From positions 1 to 64,000 of the forward strand of contig CBDFFH010000042.1 in NCBI GenBank assembly GCA_965246715.1: 64,000 nt of DNA. Reading direction: 5' to 3'. The notes under the pieces are model-generated. The model did not search any database. It saw only the letters and a list, made by a program, of their open reading frames with translations, and was not told the DNA's origin. Each line of letters begins with the position of its first letter. Within the stretch, counting starts at the first letter, position 1. Source of the stretch: Chamaesiphon sp. (GTDB lineage Bacteria; Cyanobacteriota; Cyanobacteriia; Cyanobacteriales; Chamaesiphonaceae). Below are positions 1 to 9,676 of this stretch, piece after piece. The position numbers and the translations under genes were made by a program.

Positions 1-379
1 CACGATAATAATAAAAATCGATGTTGCTAGGATCGTGCTTAATTGCTAGATTGCAGGCGGTTAGCGCTGCTGGGTATTTGCCAAAATTATAGTAGACTCT
101 TGCCAAACCACCCTCAGCTAGAGCTAACTTCGGACAGAGTTCGAGCGCTATTTTATAGTCGATTTCAGCTCGATCGTACTTTTTTAGTCGGATCGCTGAT
201 TCACCCCGCGCGCAATATGCCTGGACAAAATTAGGATCGAGGGCAATTGCTAATGTGTAGCATTCGATCGCCAAAATATGTTCCCCGTTGAAGGCATTGT
301 CATCACCCTGTTGATAAAATTTTCGAGCTTGGGTATAGACTTCAGACTTAGGTAGATCTAGCTGGTGTGTGGAGTTCAT
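1..379 (-). CDS. Tetratricopeptide repeat protein (runs off the window start)
   Basis: My translation from the ATG at 379: MNSTHQLDLPKSEVYTQARKFYQQG...AIECYTLAIALDPNFVQAYCARG...AIKHDPSNIDFYYYR, open to base 1, with TPR consensus; absent from the ORF track. Confidence 0.85.
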   Translation of the reverse strand, partial: MNSTHQLDLPKSEVYTQARKFYQQGDDNAFNGEHILAIECYTLAIALDPNFVQAYCARGESAIRLKKYDRAEIDYKIALELCPKLALAEGGLARVYYNFGKYPAALTACNLAIKHDPSNIDFYYYR

Positions 380-786
380 CTTCGGGTGGGGTACGATATA
401 GATGAGAGAGTTGTCGAGATTGCTGCCAAAGCAGCGATCCTTAGCCAAATCCGCGAAACGTTCGATCTACAGATTAATTTTGCAGGATGTCACTGTCGCA
501 AATCAATCGCTCGGATGAGTTGGGAGGTTTTTCAAGCAGCTTTGGCTGGAGGCTAAAGTTAACAGACTACCGAAGGTATCGATCTCCGCACCATACTAAT
601 GGAGAGTGTGTGGGTAGCGCTCGTTAAACCTGATGTTTACCCTCATGCAATCTAACACCTATAAATGCTGCTGTGTCAGGGATACAGGTTTCGACAGCCG
701 AGCATCAAGCTACCGATCTCAGCCAAAATTGTCGCGTGACTTACTTATTGTTCCCGGCGATCGTTGAGTTCGCTCGATCGCTAGGA

Positions 787-846
787 TACTTTTTTTCTAC
801 TACAAATAGACCCGATCGATTGGGTCTATTTGTAGTAAAAAAAGTA
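787..846. terminator. Bidirectional intrinsic terminator-like hairpin
   Basis: ACTACAAATAGACCC (799-813) / GGGTCTATTTGTAGT (822-836), flanked by a T-tract and an A-tract, downstream of the GAF gene. Confidence 0.7.
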
Positions 847-913
847 GTGCTCTTCTCGTCCGCTAATCGCCAGAACGAGCCACTGTAAGGATCGATCGTA
901 TTTAAGGGGATGT

Positions 914-2302
914 TTAATTATTTATCCTTTCCAGCGACTTACGGGATTTATATACTTGAATTCCAGAGTCGATTACAGTTGATAGCTCGTCAATTTTATC
1001 TTGAAGTGAGGTAGTGACAGCGGTTGCTGTTTCGGCATTTGCTTGTAACTTTTTGGTAATAATTCGAGCGAGATTTATATCTTCATCTGACAACTTAGTT
1101 GTTAGAGAACTGACTTCCCGATTGAGTAATCTCATCAAATGTTTTACCTCACCAGATGTTTGTACTGAATCAGCTAATGACTGTTTTACTTGCTGAATTT
1201 TGGTGTCGGCGCTAGCGATCGCTTCCTTCACTCTACTAGCTCTTTTGAGCGAAGATTTCATCGCGGTTATTTCTTCTTGCAACTGAGCTTTTGTAAGTGC
1301 TAAGCCAGTTTGAATCCCAACTTGGCGCAACCACTCCACCTCGACATCTTGCCACTGGCGATAGTTAAAACATTGATGTGCGACCAATAAAGCCAACACC
1401 TCATTTTTATTATTAATAATCGGTACAATTATATTAGCTTTGACAGCAATTTTTACCAAGTTTTCGATCGCGTTCGTGCTCAACCCAGCCTCATAAATAT
1501 TATCGATCGCCCGAACTCTACCTTGTTGGTATTCTTCAATATAACGATGCTCGAGATATGGAAGTTCGATCTTGCGATCTTGAATCGATGCTAAAGCAGG
1601 CAATCTAGATTCAGCGATAATTAGGCCAGAATTTGGTTCGACGGGCACATAGACGATCGCTCGATCGCATTTGAGAATTGTTTGCACTTGTGCGGTAGCA
1701 ATTTGTAAAACTTCAATCCGAGTATTTCCGCTATGAATTTTTTGCGGTGTTGTTGTGAGTAAATCTTGATAGTAGTAATGTCGATCGAGTGATGCTTGAA
1801 TTTTTTGATACTCCGACCATCTGAGCACATTATGGATCGCCCAACCGATTTGAGATGCCATCTGTGCGGCAAGCGTAATATCTGCCTGCGTCCACGCACG
1901 CGGTTGCGAACATTGGTGGACGATCAACAAGGCATAGAGTTCTTTATCGGGCAACAGCATTGGCACAACTAAATTTGCTTTAACTGCCAGCCGTTCGAGC
2001 GTCTCGATGTAGCAAGGTGTCATGCGTGCTTCATGGATGTTCTCGATCGAGGTAATTGCTCCCTGACGATAGCGTTCGACATGTCGCGATTTAAAACAAG
2101 GATCGTCGATCGTCGTTTCTAAGGTTCTCGGAAATTCGATCTCTACCGCCTCTGCCAAAATCTTGCCAAAATTTTGCTCCTGAACGCTATAAACTACAAC
2201 CCGATCGCAATTTAAAGCCTGTTTGACACATTCTACACTGGCTTGAAGAATCTCTTCTTCCCGCAGACAATTGTGAATTCGAGCGATCAAATTGGTAAAC
2301 AT
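914..2302 (-). CDS. Two-GAF-domain protein, putative DXCF cyanobacteriochrome with helical C-terminal tail
   Basis: GAF motifs CDRVVVY and KANLVVP...LLIVHQCSQPRAW; GAF1 has DPCF and PCY, GAF2 lacks both Cys. Confidence 0.85.
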   Translation of the reverse strand: MFTNLIARIHNCLREEEILQASVECVKQALNCDRVVVYSVQEQNFGKILAEAVEIEFPRTLETTIDDPCFKSRHVERYRQGAITSIENIHEARMTPCYIETLERLAVKANLVVPMLLPDKELYALLIVHQCSQPRAWTQADITLAAQMASQIGWAIHNVLRWSEYQKIQASLDRHYYYQDLLTTTPQKIHSGNTRIEVLQIATAQVQTILKCDRAIVYVPVEPNSGLIIAESRLPALASIQDRKIELPYLEHRYIEEYQQGRVRAIDNIYEAGLSTNAIENLVKIAVKANIIVPIINNKNEVLALLVAHQCFNYRQWQDVEVEWLRQVGIQTGLALTKAQLQEEITAMKSSLKRASRVKEAIASADTKIQQVKQSLADSVQTSGEVKHLMRLLNREVSSLTTKLSDEDINLARIITKKLQANAETATAVTTSLQDKIDELSTVIDSGIQVYKSRKSLERINN

Positions 2303-2648
2303 CTTTCCAGCGAACTCCTCTAGATAGATAAGGTGGCCAACGGGCTATGACAAAGTAGCGCAAAGTTACTTGTAGTTTATAGCATATATCTTTAACTACT
2401 ATAGCCTAACTGAAACCTTTTGCTCAGTATAATCGCGTAGCTTTAGCTGGTAATATTACTTACCTGTGCTCGATCTTCTTATTGCCCGAACGTGTCGATC
2501 GATCCACCGATCTCCCCAGGTCTACATCCCTCAATCTCTGGCTGGAGCATCTATTCGCGTATCTAAGTGTAAAGAACTATTTGGATTGCACACGTAGATG
2601 CTCGTCATTACCGATACTAGAGCGATGGTGAATTTTGAATTAAGCCGC

Positions 2649-3362
2649 ATGTCTAGTTATCTCCTAACTAATGATGATGGCATCGATGCTCCAGGTATCG
2701 CTGCGCTACAACTAGTCGTAGATCGTCAGGGGACGATCGTCGCACCGTTAGAACATCAGTCTGGTTGCGGACATCAGGTAACAACGCACCAACCGATCGC
2801 GATCATCTCCCGACCGCATCCGCCCGCATCGGCTATACTCACATCGAGTTGTGATTATGCGATCGGGGGTACTCCTGCCGATTGTATCCGGATTGCCATC
2901 AAACATCTTCAGTTAGATGTAGATTATGTATTGTCGGGGATAAATGCAGGTGGAAATCTAGGTGTAGATGCTTATATTTCCGGTACGGTAGCAGCAGTCC
3001 GCGAAGCAGCAATTTTAGGCATTCCCGGGATCGCCATTTCACAATACAAGAAAAGTCCCCACCCGATCGATTGGGAGATTAGCGTGCAATTAGCACGATA
3101 TGCACTCGATCGCTTATTATCCCTCCCATTGTCACCTCAAAGCTTCTGGAACGTCAATCTTCCCTATCGTGCTAGTCTGATAGATCCCTTACCTCAACTC
3201 GTCTTCTGCGAGCCATCCTGCGACCCACTCCCGATCGATTATCGTCAAAGTGGTAATGAGTTAAGTTATGCCGGAGTTTATCGCGATCGTCCGCGTACTC
3301 CAGGTACCGACGTGGATGTCTGTTTCAATGGTGATATTGCGATTACGCAACTCAAAGTTTAG
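2649..3362 (+). CDS. surE: 5'/3'-nucleotidase SurE
   Basis: LLTNDDGIDAPG, GTPADC and SGINAGGNLG...SGTVAAVREA motifs; start moved to ATG 2649 (ORF track gives 2598). Confidence 0.93.
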   Translation: MSSYLLTNDDGIDAPGIAALQLVVDRQGTIVAPLEHQSGCGHQVTTHQPIAIISRPHPPASAILTSSCDYAIGGTPADCIRIAIKHLQLDVDYVLSGINAGGNLGVDAYISGTVAAVREAAILGIPGIAISQYKKSPHPIDWEISVQLARYALDRLLSLPLSPQSFWNVNLPYRASLIDPLPQLVFCEPSCDPLPIDYRQSGNELSYAGVYRDRPRTPGTDVDVCFNGDIAITQLKV

Positions 3363-3392
3363 AGTAGCGCCCGGTCTTGTCATTCTTACTTT

Positions 3393-3878
3393 TTAGACTG
3401 AGAACGAGTACCGATCGTATTTTTCAAAGGGCTGATGAATCCACGGATTATCAGCCAGATAACTGACATAATAATCGGGCACATAAATCGATCGCTCTTT
3501 ATACCAAAGCACCGCAGTCTGGATCTGTTGAAGATGTGGATAGCGATCGCGCAACCAGACTACAGTTTGTTGCAGTGTAATCCCAGAATCTACCAAGTCA
3601 TCAACCAATAATACTTGACTCCCCAACCGATCGGCAGTCATTGTCATTTGAGCTGCAATCGCCAGCTTGCCTCGCTCGTGACTATCATTATCGTAAGAAC
3701 TGACAGCCAAAATTGCCAACGGTCGATCGAAGATTCGCGAAAAAATATCGCCGACTCGCAACCCACCGCGAGCGAGACAAATAATTTGGTCGAATTTAGC
3801 CCCAGAGTGATGAATTTTAGCTGCTAATAACTCGATCGATCGATGGTATTCTTCCCAAGATACATTCAGTTCGGTCAT
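3393..3878 (-). CDS. Purine phosphoribosyltransferase family protein
   Basis: ARGGL and VLLVDDLVDSGIT PRPP-binding motif; WIHQPFE tail. Confidence 0.9.
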   Translation of the reverse strand: MTELNVSWEEYHRSIELLAAKIHHSGAKFDQIICLARGGLRVGDIFSRIFDRPLAILAVSSYDNDSHERGKLAIAAQMTMTADRLGSQVLLVDDLVDSGITLQQTVVWLRDRYPHLQQIQTAVLWYKERSIYVPDYYVSYLADNPWIHQPFEKYDRYSFSV

Positions 3879-3910
3879 CGCTTGGTGCTAGTAAATGATA
3901 AGAGAAGTCA

Positions 3911-4804
3911 CTACTTATCCGACTGAAAGAAACTCAAGAGTTCGCGATTGACTATTTGAGGGACTTCTTGTTGAATCCAGTGTCCGCAGTGCGGGATTAA
4001 TTTGAGCTTAAAGGGAGCCGAAATTAAGCGTTCCATGCCTTCAGTTAATTTATTGCTAAGGAAATTATCTTCCTCTCCCCACAACATCAAAGTCGGCACG
4101 GTAATCGGCAATGGAGTGTTATTCCAGTTTTTGAGCCAATTGTTTGGCGCGAGCAGATTGCGATAATATTTGAGAGCGGCGGCTAGGACACCTGGCTTTT
4201 CTAGTGCTTCACGATAGATATTATTGTCTTCGGCACTAAAAGCACCCTTGCGCACTGCTTGTCCCCTAAAAACATTCAGAATAAAATCTTTGAGATTTTG
4301 TTGGATCAACCATTCTGGCAAGCCAGGGATTTGGAACGCAAACATGTACCAACTGCGACGCAGTTGATCGAGATTACCAGACATTTCTTGAAGTAACCGT
4401 TGGGGGTGCGGGGCATTGAGAATTGCCAGCCGATCGAGCACTTGGGGGCAGGTTTGGGCGAGATGCCAAGCGATCGCCCCGCCCCAGTCATGTCCGGCAA
4501 TATGCGCTTTGACATAGCCTAGCGCCTCGATCAGCCCCTGGATATCACCGCTGAGGGTATCGAGATCGTAGCCGCTGGCAGGTTTATCGGAATAATTATA
4601 GCCCCGCAGATCGGGAACGACGACTTTGAAATGGCGCGCGAGAGTGGGGATCTGATGTCGCCAAGAATACCAAAATTCGGGAAAACCATGAAGTAAGATC
4701 ACCAACTCACCCTCACCTTGGGTTACACAATGCAACCGGATATTATTGGTTTGGATGAACTCGTGTCGCCAACCCGAATCCAAGGAGGCTGTATAAGGTT
4801 TCAT
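3911..4804 (-). CDS. Alpha/beta hydrolase (epoxide hydrolase-like)
   Basis: LLHGFPEFWYSWRHQ, GHDWGG, GHWIQQE. Confidence 0.92.
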   Translation of the reverse strand: MKPYTASLDSGWRHEFIQTNNIRLHCVTQGEGELVILLHGFPEFWYSWRHQIPTLARHFKVVVPDLRGYNYSDKPASGYDLDTLSGDIQGLIEALGYVKAHIAGHDWGGAIAWHLAQTCPQVLDRLAILNAPHPQRLLQEMSGNLDQLRRSWYMFAFQIPGLPEWLIQQNLKDFILNVFRGQAVRKGAFSAEDNNIYREALEKPGVLAAALKYYRNLLAPNNWLKNWNNTPLPITVPTLMLWGEEDNFLSNKLTEGMERLISAPFKLKLIPHCGHWIQQEVPQIVNRELLSFFQSDK

Positions 4805-4987
4805 GCAGGTATCGCGTGCTGTTCGTTACCAGTATAAACCTTCATAATTCCAATCGTCGTCATCTCGATCGCGTAGTTAAAAAAAAAGTCATGCTCGATC
4901 TAGATCGCTTTCTATCCCTCGACATAGATTTAACTCTACCGACCCATGATTAAAGTAACAATTTTTAGATAAATGCGCTCGCTATAA

Positions 4988-6985
4988 TTAACGCTCGGCG
5001 ATGGGTTGTGCCTCGCCGAGAAAGGTGAGAATCGGCTCGATGACTCGCGATCTCCATGCTGTGTGGATTAACTCAACGAACAGCGGATCGATCGCTGCGA
5101 CTCGCTCGGCATATAATAAGAGCACATCGACTTTATATCCCGAACCCTGACCCCACCGATCGATCGCCTGTTGCCAAAAAATACATTCAGCGTAATCTTG
5201 AGGTGCCAAAATTCGATCGGTTAAAATAGCCTCGATTTCAGTACTGAGATCGATCGCGATCGCCTCATAATTTGTATCGATTTGATGCCGTAATCTTTGC
5301 ATCAGGGGGTGTAATGTCGAACGATCGCTAATTTCAGCTTCAACATTGCTAATGATTTTGAGAATCTCGATTTTGGCAATCTGGGTAATTTGTCTGGTCA
5401 AACTCTCAGCTAAATATCGCCCATTAAAGTAAATATCGATGTCTCTCAATTCATATTGCCCGTAACGATTATTGGTAGCGCGCAGCACCGAATGATGTTC
5501 GGGCAACATCTCCAGATAATCAGTTGAAAATAGATTATTTGTTAGCGAAAGCTCGCTCGCAGTTGCAATCTTTTTTACAGCATCTATAACGATCGCATCC
5601 TCAATTTCAGTGAGATTCTTACCTGTAACTATTTGTTGAAATTGCTTGATTGATTCGTTTAGTTCGTGAATTAGTTGTTGTTCTCGATCGTCAATCAGCC
5701 TCTCGATCTCGGTAAAGATCCGTTCGCGCTCGGCATCGATATCCGAGCGTTCACAATATAAATCCAGACTCCCATCACCCACATAACATTGGAGCGCATC
5801 ATAAAATAAAATATTATTTGTGGAGAAGTTAATATCCTCATTACTAAATACATTGTCGATATTTGCTTTGCGTAGTGCTATCCCTTGCGCCAGATCGTCA
5901 ACAGCACATCCGTCTGCACCCAGCAATTTTTCTGGTTCACCTTTACGTGGCATTACCAATAGCGCAAATTTCGTATCGATATCTTTCGCGGTTGGGGTTA
6001 AATATTTACCGATAATTTGAATTACATTCGCTGGAGCGGCTGGAAATCTTTCGGTAAAAATGCAAATAGCATCATCTGTTTCGCGGATGTAATGTGCTAA
6101 ATCGCGGCGATCTTTGGTTGCTAAATCTAAACCTCTGGTATCGATAATACAGCCAAATCTCGGATACTTACTAAAATCTAAAAACTCTGATGAGAGATTG
6201 AGATAAATTCGTTTGGGAATCGAGAAATTAGATAACGTAGCTACATTCAGAGATTGAAAGATGCGGGCGACCCATGCTCTGGTATCCACATCGGTATCGC
6301 TCGGATAAATCTCGGTTTTAACCCGTTGGGCTAGTCGGCCACGATCGATTAATTCTTGTTTAAACTCTAGATACCGCTCGATTGTAAAACTCGCGGCAAA
6401 TTCCAAGGCGCGATCGCACATCTTACCATTAATTACTGTTTCAGGTAGCTCAACAATATTCCGAATTGCCCGCAGTAATTCATCAGGTGGAATTTCCACT
6501 CGTTCCTTAATCGCGGCGGGATGTGTTTTTTGCCAGATCCACAACCCAAATTCTTCGATCGCTTGTTGGAGTTCGGCAGTTTCATAAGGATCGATTTCGA
6601 TCCAAGTGCGCTGACTGGGTTTAATTACTACCTCGCAAATCGTCGTTTTCCCCGCACCTGTAGCAAGTAATTCCTTAACCTGCTGAATTTTGACTTGTTT
6701 CAATCCTCTCAACCGCGTAGCTTCGACTTCCCGCACGAGGTCGAACAGGTGACAAATCGCCGTTGTTTTACCCGCACCCACTTGTCCGATAAAAATGAGA
6801 TTATAGCGCCGAATGTTCAAAATCTTATGGATTTTTGTTAGTCGCTCGGTAATGTCTTGTAGTGCTTTACTCGATACGATCGCACTTAAATTTTGCGTCG
6901 CAGATCTGGCGGCGATCTCACGTTCGATCTCGGTCTGAAGCTCTTGGATGCGAGTATTAATGGACTGCACTGAGACGAGTTGCAT
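4988..6985 (-). CDS. P-loop GTPase, dynamin-like/TRAFAC-type, with helical C-terminal region
   Basis: G1 FIGQVGAGKTT, G2-like GKTTICEV, G3 IIDTRG; N-terminal and post-G-domain coiled coils. Confidence 0.7.
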   Translation of the reverse strand: MQLVSVQSINTRIQELQTEIEREIAARSATQNLSAIVSSKALQDITERLTKIHKILNIRRYNLIFIGQVGAGKTTAICHLFDLVREVEATRLRGLKQVKIQQVKELLATGAGKTTICEVVIKPSQRTWIEIDPYETAELQQAIEEFGLWIWQKTHPAAIKERVEIPPDELLRAIRNIVELPETVINGKMCDRALEFAASFTIERYLEFKQELIDRGRLAQRVKTEIYPSDTDVDTRAWVARIFQSLNVATLSNFSIPKRIYLNLSSEFLDFSKYPRFGCIIDTRGLDLATKDRRDLAHYIRETDDAICIFTERFPAAPANVIQIIGKYLTPTAKDIDTKFALLVMPRKGEPEKLLGADGCAVDDLAQGIALRKANIDNVFSNEDINFSTNNILFYDALQCYVGDGSLDLYCERSDIDAERERIFTEIERLIDDREQQLIHELNESIKQFQQIVTGKNLTEIEDAIVIDAVKKIATASELSLTNNLFSTDYLEMLPEHHSVLRATNNRYGQYELRDIDIYFNGRYLAESLTRQITQIAKIEILKIISNVEAEISDRSTLHPLMQRLRHQIDTNYEAIAIDLSTEIEAILTDRILAPQDYAECIFWQQAIDRWGQGSGYKVDVLLLYAERVAAIDPLFVELIHTAWRSRVIEPILTFLGEAQPIAER

Positions 6986-7097
6986 TTACCGAACCTAGTA
7001 GATGAAGATAATTGCTACTATTATGCCCAACCAACTGGCAAACATCCCTAATCTGCACGGCTAGAGCGAGGATTTTGAGACTCAGTTAGCAGTTCGT

Positions 7098-7135
7098 TGT
7101 GCCGCTCTACCGCAACAATGCGGTAGAGCGGCACA
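7098..7135. repeat. Perfect 17-bp inverted repeat (REP-like palindrome)
   Basis: TGTGCCGCTCTACCGCA-acaa-TGCGGTAGAGCGGCACA between divergent genes. Confidence 0.85.
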
Positions 7136-7186
7136 TGCGCTCGACTTATTTTCGATCTTGCCCAAAGTATCCACTCGATCGTTACC

Positions 7187-8449
7187 TTGGTCACGATCTA
7201 TATTTGGCTCGATCGAGTTATGTTAGAGGTGCGACCCTGTAATGTTTTTATGCGTCATCCTCTGCGGTTGTTACTATATGTTGAGTGGATTTTATTTGCA
7301 GTAGTGATGGCATTGGAAGTATCGCCACATCGCAATCGCTCGCTCGACCAGCCTGTCTGGCTCAACATTGGGGTGGTCGTCCTCTTGGCAGTCATGGGTT
7401 TGCGGTTACCGTCAACTGGTAAGTTATCGATTAAAATTCTCTACACCATTGCCGAAATTCTGCCGATTTCGCTCGCTGGCGCACTGGGAATGCGGCCAGT
7501 GGGTGTGCTGTATGCGATCGTCGTGATTCGGAGTTATCTGATTTTTGGGCGGCAATATCGACTGTGGATTACTGGCGGGATCTTTGCAATTTCGCTGCTG
7601 ACAACCACAATTAGAGTAGATCGTCACTCCTCCTTGCCTTCCCAAATTCAGAATCGTCCGCACTCTACCTCGACCGATCGCACCGAACGCAACGAATTTC
7701 GGTGGGGCTTTGTCGCCATGTTTGGCGGCATCATTCTGTCTTTACAACTATTAGTCGATCGCATTTTGGCAGAAAAGCAAGCTAAAGAGGAACTGGCGAT
7801 CGCCAATCAACGCATCCGTAATTATGCGCTCAGAGCTGAAGAAATCGCCACGCTCCAGGAACGTAACCGGATCGCGCGCGAGATCCACGATTCGCTCGGG
7901 CATTCGCTGACGGCGCTCAATCTCCATCTGGAAATGGCACTCAAGCTCGCACACATTCAACCCGACCGATCGCGTGAGGTCTTAACCGAAGCCAAACGCC
8001 TGGGTTCGATCGCGCTCCAAGACGTACGCGAATCAGTCTCGACGCTCCGCTCCGACCCATTGCAGGGGAAAGATTTGCCTGCTGCGATTCATAAATTGGT
8101 AGACGATCTCAAGTTATCTAATCAGATCGAACCTACCTGTTATTTAGATCTTCCCCCAATGCTACCCCCGGATGTCGCCACTGCGGTCTATCGGATCGTC
8201 CAAGAAGCATTAACAAATATCACTAAATATGCGCAGGCTGACGAAGCGATCGTCTCAGTTCATAGCACTGCTAATGCGATCGAATTAAAAATCGCCGATA
8301 ACGGGCGTGGTTTCAATCCCACTCACAATTCTACTGGATTTGGCTTGCAAGGTATGCGCGAGCGGGTCCTGTCGTTACAGGGTAAATTTGAGGTCAGCAG
8401 CGCACCAGGCCAAGGTTGTCAGATTATGGCGGTTATTCCTTTAGGATAG
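7187..8449 (+). CDS. Membrane sensor histidine kinase (HisKA_3/NarQ-DesK type)
   Basis: N-terminal TM helices, ERNRIAREIHDSLGH H-box, QEALTNITKYA, DNGRGF, GFGLQGMRER; true start may be ATG 7220 or 7250. Confidence 0.92.
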   Translation: MVTIYIWLDRVMLEVRPCNVFMRHPLRLLLYVEWILFAVVMALEVSPHRNRSLDQPVWLNIGVVVLLAVMGLRLPSTGKLSIKILYTIAEILPISLAGALGMRPVGVLYAIVVIRSYLIFGRQYRLWITGGIFAISLLTTTIRVDRHSSLPSQIQNRPHSTSTDRTERNEFRWGFVAMFGGIILSLQLLVDRILAEKQAKEELAIANQRIRNYALRAEEIATLQERNRIAREIHDSLGHSLTALNLHLEMALKLAHIQPDRSREVLTEAKRLGSIALQDVRESVSTLRSDPLQGKDLPAAIHKLVDDLKLSNQIEPTCYLDLPPMLPPDVATAVYRIVQEALTNITKYAQADEAIVSVHSTANAIELKIADNGRGFNPTHNSTGFGLQGMRERVLSLQGKFEVSSAPGQGCQIMAVIPLG

Positions 8450-8564
8450 TGACTAGTCACTAGTGATTCAAACGCGCAAGGCGCGTCTGAGTTTACTAAC
8501 TATCGAGTATCTAATCTGGTAAATTTACTAGTCACTAATCACTAATCTCTACTATCCCCCTCCC

Positions 8565-9239
8565 ATGATTAACATTCTCCTTGTAGACGACCAAAATCTG
8601 ATTCGTCAGGGATTGAAGGCATTGCTAGAACTCGAACCGGATTTACAGGTAGTAGGCGAAGCAGAAAATGGTCAAATCGCTCTCGAGTGCGTGAAAGCAC
8701 TCCAGCCAAATGTTGTATTAATGGACATTCGGATGCCAGTAATGGATGGCGTTACCGCTACACAGCGCATTTGCCAGCAGTTTCCTAACGTGAATATTCT
8801 GATGCTGACTACCTTTGACGACAATACGTACGTAGCAAAAGCGATCGAATATGGTGCGAAAGGTTACTTGCTCAAGGATACGCCCTCAGAGGAAATTGCG
8901 GCGGCGATTCGAGCAGTCGATCGCGGTTACACGCATTTAGCCCCTGGCATGATGGAAAAACTCATGTCCGGTCGATTAGAGCGCACCGAAGTCAGCTTGC
9001 CACCGGAGCTGGTCGATCTTACCCCCCGAGAATTAGAGGTTTTAAAACTGATTGCTACGGGTGCAAATAATCGCGAGATTGCGAGCAAACTGTACATCTC
9101 TGAAGGTACGGTTAAAAACCATGTCACCAATCTTTTGAATCGGTTAAACTTGCGCGATCGCACGCAGGCAGCTATTTTGGCGAATACTTACTTCGACTGT
9201 AGCGTTCAGCCTTCAAAATTTCACGCGAAATCGGAATAG
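8565..9239 (+). CDS. NarL/LuxR-family response regulator
   Basis: REC domain (LLVDD, LMDIRMP, GYLLK) plus LuxR HTH (LTPRELEVL...ISEGTVKNHV). Confidence 0.95.
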   Translation: MINILLVDDQNLIRQGLKALLELEPDLQVVGEAENGQIALECVKALQPNVVLMDIRMPVMDGVTATQRICQQFPNVNILMLTTFDDNTYVAKAIEYGAKGYLLKDTPSEEIAAAIRAVDRGYTHLAPGMMEKLMSGRLERTEVSLPPELVDLTPRELEVLKLIATGANNREIASKLYISEGTVKNHVTNLLNRLNLRDRTQAAILANTYFDCSVQPSKFHAKSE

Positions 9240-9408
9240 TCCGAGATCGCACTCAGCAATATTGCTCGATCGTCGTGAATTAAATCGAGCGATCGGCGCA
9301 ATCCAAGTGCTTTCTCGTACGTAATTATACCGAAACTGTGTTTAAGGGAAATTCTAATTGATTAAACTAGAACATTGATATACAAAATCCTCTCACTTTT
9401 GGATCCAT

Positions 9409-9591
9409 ATGATTTCCAATACTTCGAAATCTCAAACAGATCGCAAATGCCCAAAATGCGGTGGTCTATCGCTCTCCCGATCGCAACGGATAGATTTCGT
9501 CGATCGGGCAGTTGCCTTAGTTAATTTGTATCCCTATCGCTGTAAGCAGATCGATTGCAACCACCGTTTTCAAAGTTTCGGTCGCTACTAG
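9409..9591 (+). CDS. Small putative zinc-ribbon protein
   Basis: CPKC...YRCKQIDCNHRF cysteine pattern in a 60-aa intergenic ORF. Confidence 0.6.
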   Translation: MISNTSKSQTDRKCPKCGGLSLSRSQRIDFVDRAVALVNLYPYRCKQIDCNHRFQSFGRY

Positions 9592-9676
9592 TTCGTAAAC
9601 CAATATTAGGTGTGAGATCTATTAAGTCAATACAGATTAGATCGAGCGTTGTTCGCCAAAAAGCAAGCTGGTGCAA

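Noticed and set aside
43..888. ORF-track + strand ORFs 43-234, 365-556 and 673-888
   Set aside because: They overlap the minus-strand TPR gene or the terminator, use weak starts and have no protein-like motifs
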